64,000 nt of DNA, from contig NC_087247.1 of assembly GCF_037042905.1 (NCBI RefSeq), positions 14,818,001 to 14,882,000 of the forward strand. The letters are read 5' to 3'. The DNA is from Lytechinus pictus. Lineage: Eukaryota. A model generated the notes under the pieces. That model searched no databases, had not been told where the DNA came from, and saw nothing but the letters and a program-made list of their open reading frames with translations. Shown one piece after another: positions 51,501 to 61,568 of this stretch (position 1 is the stretch's first letter; the number at the start of each line of letters is the position of its first letter). Position numbers and translations under genes: made by a program.

Positions 51501-54500
51501 TGTAAAATTCATTGTGTACTTGATAACAGGTAAAAGAAAAACATGTCTCTACATTTTGAAGTGTGATGCTTTCAAACTGACTGAATTGCTATGACCATAA
51601 TGTCAACGTCCAGTTCACCCTTGAAAGTCTTCAATGTAGAGCTTACCTTCTTATTCCCTCAAAGGTCCCGCTGGCAAAGTCAATGATACCGCCAGTAGGC
51701 TTGGCTACCACTCCAGCCAGACCCTTGCCAACACCCTTGAAGAATCCCTTAGCTCCTTCCTTCTTGGCACCTTCAAATGGATTCTTAACAACGCCACTCA
51801 CACCTTCGTAGAAACCCTGTCATAAAAAAATAATCAAGATGTATTAGATGCATCTTTCTGTTCAGATGGGTAGAAAGCACATTGGACAGACAAACAAGTA
51901 GAATCTTTTGCCTTAGGCATGAGACTCGAACATTAGGGGCTCTTGCTTTTCTCCCTTCACCTCTTTTCTCATGCCTATATAGTGAATGTCAACTTTTTGA
52001 CAACCACATGCAGATCTTGAATAGTCAATTTTTACATGTTTTACTGTTTCTGGAAAATTTTGTAACAGAATAAATAGAGAAAATGAATAAGATGACAATT
52101 GTGCTTCAGACAAAAAACGTTTATGGCAAGGATGATGGTGATAATCACGGTATAATTGATGACAGTTGATGATAATTATTGTCACAATCATTCTAACAAT
52201 ATTGATGATATACCTTCATTCCTACTTACCATAACAAGACCCTTGCCACCTCTGGCTAGACCCTCTTGGAATGTAGCAGGTCTTTGATTGATAGCTTGTT
52301 GTCTCTTCTTCTTATAATCTTCATCCATGGTGAGTGCGGCCAGACCTTTACCCAAGGTTCCAGTGATGCGGGATACAGCTCCTGCTGCACCACCTAGAAT
52401 TAAATAATGTTGATGGTTACATCATCATCATAATTACCGTCATCATTGTTGCCATTATCACCCCCACCACGCCACCACCATGACAATCAGAACAATCGTC
52501 ATCCCCATCATNNNNNNNNNNNNNNNNNNNNNNNNNNNNNNNNNNNNNNNNNNNNNNNNNNNNNNNNNNNNNNNNNNNNNNNNNNNNNNNNNNNNNNNNN
52601 NNNNNNNNNNNNNNNNNNNNNNNNNNNNNNNNNNNNNNNNNNNNNGTCAGGAATTGCGAAATTGATTTTTAGGATGTTATTCAATATATTTAGATAATAT
52701 ACATGCTATACATACCAACTGCATGTCCAAAGAGACTCCTCATACCAAGAGCTACACCCTCAGCAAACTCCTCAGGACCTTGTACAATTCCCTGGTTGGA
52801 TAGAGAAAGAAAAAAAGATTTGTCTGTAAAGAGTATTTCTTAGAAGTTTCAAATTATCCAAATCACATACTATGGAATTTTAACCTTAATACTCCTGGGG
52901 TATTTCTGGTCATTTTATAATTAGATTAGGGGTAGGGGGGAGGGGTGGGTTGATTATGGACCCCTATAAAATGTTGACTGTAGAATGTGTGATCATTATA
53001 AAGATTTACTTATTGGACTTAAAATTCACTCAATCTTTTTATCTTATTTCACATGGTTTAATTACGCTAATCTTTATGGGAAATTAGAATTCAGCTGAAA
53101 ATCTATCAATAAAACCCAGAACTGGAGTATTAGGGCTAAAAGCATTTGAACAATTAATAAAAACACAAACAAGAAGAAATGGGAAAACATAACCTGACAA
53201 GGTTTGCACAAAACGCCAGTTCCTACTCCTCCGATGAAACCAAATGGGTTACCAATCACATCAAACCCAAGAACAAGGACATAGAGCTGTTTGATGGTCT
53301 GATTAAGAGTAATGGACTCACCTGATAAGGTTCATAGAAGAGGTCTTTGACACCTGTTCCGACTCCTCTGACGAAACCAAATGGGTTACCAATCACATCA
53401 AGACCAAGAACGAGAACATAGAGCTGTTTGATGGCCTGATTAGAGTAATGGACTCACCTGATAAGGTTCATAGAAGAGGTCTTTGACACCAGTTCCGACT
53501 CCTCTGACGAAACCAAATGGGTTACCGATCACATCAAGACCAAGAACGAGAACATAGAGCTGTTTGATGGCCTGATTAGAGTAATGGACTCACCTGATAA
53601 GGTTCATAGAAGAGGTCTTTGACACCTGTTCCTACTCCTCTGACGAAACCAAATGGGTTACCAATCACATCAAGACCAAGAACTAGAACATAGAGCTGTT
53701 TGATGGCCTGATTAGAGTAATGGACTCACCTGATAAGGTTCATAGAAGAGGTCTTTGACACCAGTTCCTACTCCTCTGACGAAACCAAATGGGTTACCAA
53801 TCACATCAAGACCAAGAACTAGAACATAGAGCTGTTTGATGGCCTAATTGGAGTAATGGACTCACCTGATAAGGTTCATAGAAGAGGTCTTTGACACCAG
53901 TTCCTACTCCTCTGACGAAACCAAATGGGTTACCAATCACATCAAGACCAAGAACGAGAACATAGAACTGTTTGATGGCCTGATTGGAGTAATGAACTCA
54001 CTTGATAAGGTTCATAGAAGAGGTCTTTGACACCAGTTCCTACTCCTCTGACGAAACCAAATGGGTTACCAATCACATCAAGACCAAGAACGAGAACATA
54101 GAGCTGTTTGATGGCCTGATTAGAGTAATGGACTCACCTGATAAGGTTCATAGAAGAGGTCTTTGACACCTGTTCCTACTCCTCTGACGAAACCAAATGG
54201 GTTACCGATCACATCAAGACCAAGAACGAGAACATAGAGCTGTTTGATGGCCTGATTAGAGTAATGGACTCACCTGATAAGGTTCATAGAAGAGGTCTTT
54301 GACACCTGTTCCTACTCCTCTGACGAAACCAAATGGGTTACCAATCACATCAAGACCAAGAACGAGAACATAGAACTGTTTGATGGCCTGATTGGAGTAA
54401 TGAACTCACTTGATAAGGTTCATAGAAGAGGTCTTTGACACCAGTTCCTACTCCTCTGACGAAACCAAATGGGTTACCAATCACATCAAGACCAAGAACG

Positions 54501-57500
54501 AGAACATAGAGCTGTTTGATGGCCTGATTAGAGTAATGGACTCACCTGATAAGGTTCATAGAAGAGGTCTTTGACACCTGTTCCTACTCCTCTGACGAAA
54601 CCAAATGGGTTACCGATCACATCAAGACCAAGAACGAGAACATAGAGCTGTTTGATGGCCTGATTAGAGTAATGGACTCACCTGATAAGGTTCATAGAAG
54701 AGGTCTTTGACACCTGTTCCTACTCCTCTGACGAAACCAAATGGGTTACCAATCACATCAAGACCAAGAACTAGAACATAGAGCTGTTTGATGGCCTGAT
54801 TAGAGTAATGGACTCACCTGATAAGGTTCATAGAAGAGGTCTTTGACACCAGTTCCTACTCCTCTGACGAAACCAAATGGGTTACCAGTCACATCAAGAC
54901 CAAGAACGAGAACATAGAGCTGTTTGATGGCCTGATTGGAGTAATGGACTCACCTGATATGGTTCATAGAAGAGGTCTTTGACACCAGTTCCTACTCCTC
55001 TGACGAAACCAAATGGGTTACCAATCACATCAAGACCAAGAACGAGGACATAGAGCTGTTTGATGGCCTGATTGGAGTAATGGCGAACTACCTCCGATGA
55101 TAGCTGCTCTGGGCTGTAGAACTGGTACTCTCTCTCAAAGAAACCAAGCCTAGATGGTGTTTCACAAAGATTTAAGAGTGTCTTAAGAAGCATGCTTAAA
55201 CACCAACATGCACATAATGCGGTGTTGTATTACATACAGGGTTCCCTCATAATAATAATAATAATAATAATATAGAGTATTTCTAAAGCGCCAAATCCAC
55301 ATTATGTGCTCACGGCACTGCGAAAAGGAAATAACAGAAAAATAACATGGAGCAGGAAGGGACATGATGTATGGAAGATCATGGTTTGATGCACATTGCA
55401 CAGGTTTTTATTGTCTGGAATCCAACATGGCTGGCTGCCAAATCCACATTAATCATGTGCTCACGGCACTGCGAAAAGGAAATAAGAGAAAAATTACATG
55501 GAGCAGGAAGGGACATGATGTATGGAAGATCATGGATTGATGCACATGCACAGGTTTTTATTGTCTGGAATCCAACATGGCTGCCTGTGAAAACCCTTCA
55601 TATTGCACGCAAATAAGATTCAATTGCAATTCTAAGGGGGTGTTGCAAGAAAATATTTGCGATCAATTGCAAATATTCTGTTGCAATTTTACAACTGATA
55701 TAGATCAACGTTAGCTGTAGCAAATTAGATTAAACTTCTTGTTTCAAGGAGCAAATTAGCAATCAATCACTAATTTGCAATTAACTGCAAGACAATGATT
55801 GATTTAGGGACCAAAAATTGACTTGCAATTGATCGCAAGCTTCTTGCAACACCCCGATCAGTCATGCTTAAATTTTTATGAAACACTTCCAGGTTGAAAG
55901 GAATGGAGACAGTAAATGAATGGGTTAGGAAGACTACATGGATCAATCGTCGCAAGAAATTTCATTCAATACTTTGAAAATCCTTTTCAATCTTCCATAT
56001 CCCAAATTGTTCAGATTTATACTGTTAATACCATACACTATGTAAAAGAAACAGTCTGTCGCTCACAATTTATATACCAATTCAGTTTGAGTGCCATTTA
56101 AATGGTCTTCTTGTAACAGATACTGACACAGGATTGCACTTGAATCAATGCATAATTCATAGTATTTTCTTTTAATTTGGATGGGTCCAGCTATGGTTAA
56201 CATGAGTAAATGTTTTTAATTAGGTAGATGTAAACTGATTTAATGTGTTTTCACTGAAAGCCCAAGAGTCTAAAATTTCAATAAAATAATCCCTCAAAAT
56301 TGGACAGATTCTACTCACTTGAAGATGACATCATCTACGTTGGTCAGGGTGACCCCAACGCTCTGTAGTAGGAGATTGAGGGCGTTCTGACGGGCGTTGG
56401 CCTGGGCACTCAATAAAGACTTATCCTCTTTGCCGGTCTCTGACAGAGAAAAACTCACATGAATCTAAGAAGGAATGGAAAGACAAGGTTTCAGGTATAT
56501 ATCACCATCATCATCATCATAGTAATAATCTTAATAATAATTTCAGAGCTCACAGCTTTTTGAGGAATTACTTCCTGCCGGTACCCATTTTCAACTATTC
56601 AACTTTAGACCTTGATACCCAATAAACTAATCAGATCATTGTTGCTCATATATGAATATTTGGAACAAGTTTAAAGTTAATCCATCGAATGGTTCCTTAG
56701 TCATTGCAAGTATGAAAATTGGACAGCTGGACAGACGTCCAAAAATGCATCCAGCAACCATCTACAGTGGGCAGAGGCATAATCATCTCTGTAGAGGGGA
56801 TGTTGTGGTCTAGTGGTTCTGCCTCACTTCCTTTCATTCAGTAGGTCATGGGTTCAAATTCCAGCTATGGCGTGATTTCCTTCAGCAAGAAATTGACCCA
56901 CATTTTTCTGCACTCAACCCAGGTGAGGTGAATGGGTATCCGGTAGGATTAATTCCTTGAATGCACCGAGCACTGAAAGGCAGTTCAAGCTAAAACGGGG
57001 GTAATAATAATTGTGCGCCTCGGAATAGATTATTTCTAGGTAGATGGACCTATGCATATGCCTATTATTGTTATTGTTATAAGTGAACTTCTTGGATTTT
57101 GTAAAATACTTTTTTTTCTTCTTTTTTAAAGTGCACACCTGTTACCAAAATGTGCATAGCATTTCCATTTATCTGAATGCAGGATAAAAGAGCATTGCTG
57201 ATTAAATACCTTGCTCACGGGCATAGGTGCTGCTGCCGGGGATCGGCACCTTAGACCACTCAGCCACCTCCATTGAAAGAGTGCTCAAGCTAAAGCTTGA
57301 TTAATAACAAATACGCACTGTGGAATAGATTATTTCACTCCCCAGGGAGTGGAAATTGTGCACTTTTCGTGCGGGATTGAAATGAATCCAATGACCGGGG
57401 TAATAATATGCTGTAACGCGCTTTGAGCCATTCTGGGAAAAGCGCTTTATAAAAATTTGCTATTATTATTATTATTTCTAGATAGATGGACTTATGCAAA

Positions 57501-60500
57501 TGCCTGTAACTATTATTGCTATTAGAGAACTTCTTGGATGTTGTATAGTACTCACCTTAAGTGGAGAGAGATGGAATGAATCATAGAAGTTGAAGTCTTT
57601 GGCCAAAGCAACCTTGACATACTCAGCATCGGCTAACTCTAATCTTATTAGCTCCTTGTCCAACTCAAGCAGAGCAACCTATAAATAAAACAACAAAAAT
57701 ACTTCTTGATGACACATGGAAAGTAAATCTCAATCACATGATTGTTTGAGAGCAGAGAAGTCATCAGACATTTGTGTTATCTGACACAAAATTTTCTAAT
57801 GACTTTTGAAACACAAGGACCTGGTATTAATAATCTTGTCACTTAATTACACCAACACACTAGTCTCTTATCTTGAGTAATTAACAAAACAAAAACAGAT
57901 TTTATTAGATAAAATTGCAGATCAGAAGTACAAAAAGGGTAAATCATTTTATATCCTATACAAAAACAAAGGAATTAAGTGCTTTTAATAAGATGATATA
58001 ATCATTATTATTTTCAATGTCATTATTTTCCACATCTTCTTTGTGTGTAAGATGACTGAAACACCCTCCTTTTGACATCTACAAAATCATTCTCTTCTGC
58101 ATCCAGCTATTCTTTATTAGTAAACTTGCAAGAACCATGGGAGTGTTTCACAAAGCAAATAGTGTTTTTCACCTGCTAATTTGTTCTCAGCCAATCAGAG
58201 GCAAGGATTTCAGTAGCTTATAACAATTGACAGTGAAAATTAACTATTTGTTTTGGTAACACGCTCCTCAGATTTCCATCCTAACCCTATCAATGACTTG
58301 TTCTTCATCCGATTGGAAGATGGCTGCTATGTTGGCCAGGAATCCCATGTCCAGTTTGACCGCCATCTCTTGGACCAAAAGCTTGAGGTACTTGATCTGT
58401 TTGACCGTACTGTGCTCCGAGAAACGAACCATCATGCTGAACTCTAGAAGCTGTTTAGGGGCTGAGGACCAAAAAAAAAAACACACAAATTATTTATATA
58501 TTTTCAGATTTTTTATTTTCCATTTTGTAAAATTGGCTTCGCTAAAATATAATTTATATTTAGGGTCAATGAACTTAGATCATGTTGGGGGAATCATTTT
58601 TTTACTTCCAGATTTTTGTCAGGCTTGGTTTATTCAACGCCGCTGTAGTTTATTTACCAGAAAATATGGTATTTGTAGTTATATAATTTCTACAGAAATC
58701 AAACAGATCAGCAACTATTTCAAAGCTTTGCAAGACTCTTTTGTCATAATGTCTAGAGATTGGAACAGACTGCCTGCAGATTTTAAAGATTCTCTGTATC
58801 TGGAATCATAAAAAAAAAGTCAAATATGATGACATTCAATTCATATCACATGCTATTCCCCACATCTCAAGTAAGTGAGATGCATCAACACTTTCATATT
58901 TTTTTAAAGCAAATGTAAATATTCTCACTATGAATAAATGACTAATACAACAAAACAACAAACAATATCCAATTCTGTGTAGTATAAAAAGTCTACCTAC
59001 CATTCTCAGCTGCCACTGTCTTAGGGAGGGGTACGGGAGCCACCGGGGTAGGGAAGATAGCAGCCGGCATCTGATTGTCCACCTGTAGTCTGTTGATGGT
59101 CAGATGAAGCTGAAGCTGATGCTTAGAGGTACGCACTTGGGCCCACACACCCGAATGGTAGGTACGTCTTAGCTGCTGCTTCTTAGGGGCCAGCATCAAC
59201 ATACGTCCATAGTCAACCTGTGGATAGACAAGACATGCATGAGGTTTACTGAAATGCGATGAAAAAAAGCCGTAAATGAACAGGAATCTAGATTGACAAT
59301 GAAATGATGAATAACTGTTGAAAGTTGGTACATGTACATCTCTAGCAAAGTGGCTAAGAGGGTGTTGGAAGAAAATTAGTAATAAAAATACTACATAACA
59401 GATATGAGGCGCTTACTGCCGGTGTTTCTAAGCGCACTGTGTTCTGATTATGGTTTATACTTGGGAGAGGAAAAAAAAATGACACAACTATTAAAACAAC
59501 TAATACTAATAATCAGAACTGGTGTGCACCTACATAATCAATTGCATATTTCTGTTGCAATTTTATAAATGAGGGATCAATTTTAGCTGTAGAAAATCAG
59601 TTTACACTTCTTGTGGTAAGAAACAGATCAGCTATCAATTGCAAATTGCAATCAATTGAAAGACATATTATTAATTTTGGGTCCCTAAATAGATTTATGA
59701 TTGATAGTAGGTTTTTTGTAACACCCCATAAGATTTTATCAAGGTACCGTACCTCCATGCCATAATCTAACTTGTAAACTCTGGGTGGAAGATCCTTCTG
59801 ATCACTGGCATCTAGTCCTGCCTTGACGAATCCTTCCTCTAAGCTCTTCATCTCCTTCATGCTGAGATCCTTGTATCGACGACGGACCTTGTTCTGCCAG
59901 ATGATCCCAGAGCTGCCAACGAGAAAGAGACAAAATGATAATGNNNNNNNNNNNNNNNNNNNNNNNNNNNNNNNNNNNNNNNNNNNNNNNNNNNNNNNNN
60001 NNNNNNNNNNNNNNNNNNNNNNNNNNNNNNNNNNNNNNNNNNNNNNNNNNNNNNNNNNNNNNNNNNNNNNNNNNNNNNNNNNNNNNNNNNNNNNNNNNNN
60101 NNNNNNNNNNNNNNNNNNNNNNNNNNNNNNNNNNNNNNNNNNNNNNNNNNNNNNNNNNNNNNNNNNNNNNNNNNNNNNNNNNNNNNNNNNNNNNNNNNNN
60201 NNNNNNNNNNNNNNNNNNNNNNNNNNNNNNNNNNNNNNNNNNNNNNNNNNNNNNNNNNNNNNNNNNNNNNNNNNNNGGTGTTGATGACAAAGATGATGAT
60301 GATGATGATGATAATGATATTGATGATAATGGTGATGATTATGATAGCGGTGGTGATAATGATATGATGATGATGATTGTGGTGATGATGATGATGGTAA
60401 TAATATGTTTACAAAGTACTTAGAATCATTCCGATTGCATAAAGTGTTTTTGAAAAGCTGAGTATTAACAATATCTAATGATAATGGCTACCTAACCAAG

Positions 60501-60905
60501 GCTCAGTCTCACACATCATGTGCCTGTTATCAGTTACCAGTGGGATCAATGATTTCTTCACAAGGGCAATTATCCACAGAGGGGTAGGCATTGGGTCATC
60601 TCTCTTAAGTAATAAGTCTACTTATTATTACAGAGATGATAGCATTCATTGAGAACACTTAGAAAACTTGAGGCACTGAAGTTTTATCAAATAATATATA
60701 TCAGAATTTACTTATCCTAACAACCATAATCTCGGAATGACAAAAAACAATAAAAGGTTTTATACACAGCAGACTGTGCAAGAATGACATACCTGATGAG
60801 GCCAATGTATGCTACTTCTGTTCTTGATATGTTGTTGACAAGAGAAAGACCAATGCCTGGAAGTGAGACTAACAACTCCAAATCAGGCTGTTCTAATTCT
60901 GCAGC
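45499..60905 (-). CDS. VPS13C: VPS13A/C-like bridge-like lipid transfer protein, C-terminal ~685 aa (5' part beyond window end); exons 60793..60905, 59753..59912, 59001..59217, 58286..58461, 57556..57678, 56319..56464, 54954..55149, 52716..52791, 52230..52393, 51647..51816, 50607..50816, 49745..49868, (47968..47985), 45900..46028, 45499..45552
   Basis: Motifs [15 protein letters not shown], a WWE-like insert (IIWQ...SLEEGF...VDYGRMLM...LRR), [128 protein letters not shown]. All junctions are GT-AG with consistent phase. Assignment is to the A/C clade; A versus C is not resolvable. Confidence 0.93.
45900..46028 (-). CDS. VPS13C: VPS13 penultimate exon
   Basis: tttttttccatag|[43 protein letters not shown]|gtaggt. 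Confidence 0.85.
46076..46453. mobile_element. Kolobok-like MITE (family C)
   Basis: TTAA|AGCTAAATGATAGT...ACTGGCATTTACCT|TTAA. Confidence 0.75.
46851..47226. mobile_element. Harbinger-like MITE
   Basis: TIR CCAGCGCACACTATGCGAT / ATCGCATAGTGTGCGCTGG; flanks GAA / TAA. Confidence 0.85.
47968..47985 (-). CDS. VPS13C: Candidate 18-nt in-frame microexon of VPS13 (EIKKKK)
   Basis: ctttaccacag|GAG ATA AAG AAA AAG AAG|gtaatt; phase 0/0 between two phase-0 junctions; no transcript evidence. Confidence 0.5.
49745..49868 (-). CDS. VPS13C: VPS13 exon
   Basis: [41 protein letters not shown]; gatag|...AAG|gtaagc. Confidence 0.9.
49899..50011 (-). repeat. Two decayed tandem copies of the acceptor/5' part of VPS13 exon 49745..49868
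   Basis: 49899-49954 repeats tcaaactccac...gtcaccgcgt.aggtgtagat.aa.cgcctatcaaaat with an 11-nt deletion; 49968-50011 repeats ttccattggccaag...atgtcacc...aggtgta. Confidence 0.9.
50607..50816 (-). CDS. VPS13C: VPS13 exon (start of PH-like region)
   Basis: [28 protein letters not shown]...SYVLATD; aacag|...AA|gtaagc. Confidence 0.94.
51011..51024 (-). promoter_or_regulatory. CTCF-like motif
   Basis: Minus strand CCACAAGGTGGCGC has one mismatch to the core CCASYAGRKGGCRS; it lies in otherwise AT-rich intron. Confidence 0.4.
51647..51816 (-). CDS. VPS13C: VPS13 exon
   Basis: [56 protein letters not shown]; gacag|...AG|gtaagc. Confidence 0.95.
52230..52393 (-). CDS. VPS13C: VPS13 exon (ATG2_C-type helices)
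   Basis: [32 protein letters not shown]...[11 protein letters not shown]; tctag|...ATG|gtaagt. Confidence 0.95.
52512..52645. other. Assembly gap (134 N) next to CAT/CAC-rich microsatellite
   Basis: Run of N. Confidence 1.
52716..52791 (-). CDS. VPS13C: VPS13 exon
   Basis: [25 protein letters not shown]; accag|...G|gtatgt. Confidence 0.94.
53194..55082 (-). repeat. 136-bp tandem array made of the 3' 129 nt of a VPS13 exon plus its donor (GTGAGTC); source exon + 12 near-identical copies + 1 decayed copy
   Basis: Exon-copy 3' ends at 54954 (real exon), 54818, 54682, 54546, 54410, 54274, 54138, 54002, 53866, 53730, 53594, 53458 and 53322 (exact 136-bp period), and at 53194 (decayed, with indels). 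Confidence 0.98.
54954..55149 (-). CDS. VPS13C: VPS13 exon (source of the tandem array)
   Basis: [65 protein letters not shown]; tctag|...CAG|gtgagt. Confidence 0.93.
55290..55583. repeat. ~147-bp direct tandem duplication next to an (AAT)n retroelement-like tail (55249-55290)
   Basis: gccaaatccacatt...ctggaatccaacatggctg occurs at 55290-55432 and 55437-55583. Confidence 0.92.
56319..56464 (-). CDS. VPS13C: VPS13 exon
   Basis: IHVSFSLS...[20 protein letters not shown]; cttag|...AA|gtgagt. Confidence 0.93.
56797..57080 (+). mobile_element. tRNA-derived SINE
   Basis: TGGTCTAGTGG A box, GGTTCAAATTCC B box, CTCAACCCAGGTGAGGTGAATGGGTA core, (TAT/TGT)n tail. Confidence 0.85.
57556..57678 (-). 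CDS. VPS13C: VPS13 exon
   Basis: [12 protein letters not shown]...[12 protein letters not shown]; tatag|...AAG|gtgagt. Confidence 0.93.
58286..58461 (-). CDS. VPS13C: VPS13 exon
   Basis: [41 protein letters not shown]...; cctcag|...AGG|gttagg. Confidence 0.92.
59001..59217 (-). CDS. VPS13C: VPS13 exon
   Basis: [23 protein letters not shown]...[13 protein letters not shown]...PKTVAAEN; cacag|...G|gtaggt. Confidence 0.93.
59753..59912 (-). CDS. VPS13C: VPS13 exon (WWE-like region)
   Basis: [30 protein letters not shown]...LDYGME; ggcag|...GAG|gtacgg. Confidence 0.9.
59944..60276. other. Assembly gap (333 N) followed by (GAT)n microsatellite 60277-60402
   Basis: Run of N. Confidence 1.
60793..60905 (-). 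CDS. VPS13C: VPS13 exon
   Basis: [37 protein letters not shown]; ctgtag|...AG|gtatgt. Confidence 0.92.
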
Positions 60906-61568
60906 CTACAGGGAGAAAACAAACATAGAGTAAAAGAGCCAAAGTTTTAATCTATTGCCTACAAAAAAATCATGTTGTCCCTGTAATAAGACAAAGTGAT
61001 TTAGAATATTTAGTAGTCAACAAGTTAATACTGACCCACATGCAAATAGGCTTAAGGTTGGAATGGGGAATAGGACCTTTTAACTATACCTTTTGAGAAA
61101 AAATAGTTTCACTTACAATTATATTTTTCAGAAAACAAAATAAATCTTAATCAAAATCTTCCATTTCAAATTGTAAAATAAGTGACTATCAACCTTAGAA
61201 TGTTGAGTCACATACAAATCTTATCTAATTACCTTCTTTCCAATCTAGAGCTTTTGGCCAGCCCAAAGATATTTTGGCTGGTCAAAATTTAGATGTAAAG
61301 GCATTCTGGCATGTCAAAGATGTAGTTCTGGTCCAACTACGACCCTCCTTACTTACATGTAGATGGTAAAGGGTACAACACTTTGGCTGGCCCAAATCAC
61401 AAGGTCACGCATGCATGCCTGTGTGCGAGATTACTACGGGTGTTTTGGCTAAATCATGTTTTTACAATAGTTTTAGAAACTTGTAACTAGTGGTTATGTG
61501 AAAGGTTTGCGTTGGTTGAAATTTAGCCTTGCCAAAATCTTGGGGTAGATGGGAAAGAGGTACATTAA

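Noticed and set aside
53194-55082. CRISPR-like array
   Set aside because: There are no unique spacers; the whole 136-bp unit repeats and derives from the adjacent eukaryotic exon. No cas genes are present.
53194-55082. Rolling-circle retrocopy of a circRNA or mRNA
   Set aside because: Each unit includes 7 nt of intron (GTGAGTC) and starts mid-exon, which indicates DNA-level duplication in situ.
58293-58811. 172-aa plus-strand ORF
   Set aside because: It is antisense to a VPS13 exon plus intron; there is at most a tiny LINE-like remnant at the end and no coherent protein.
59802-60423. Long ORFs containing X runs (also 52446-52697)
   Set aside because: Artefacts of N gaps and adjoining microsatellites.
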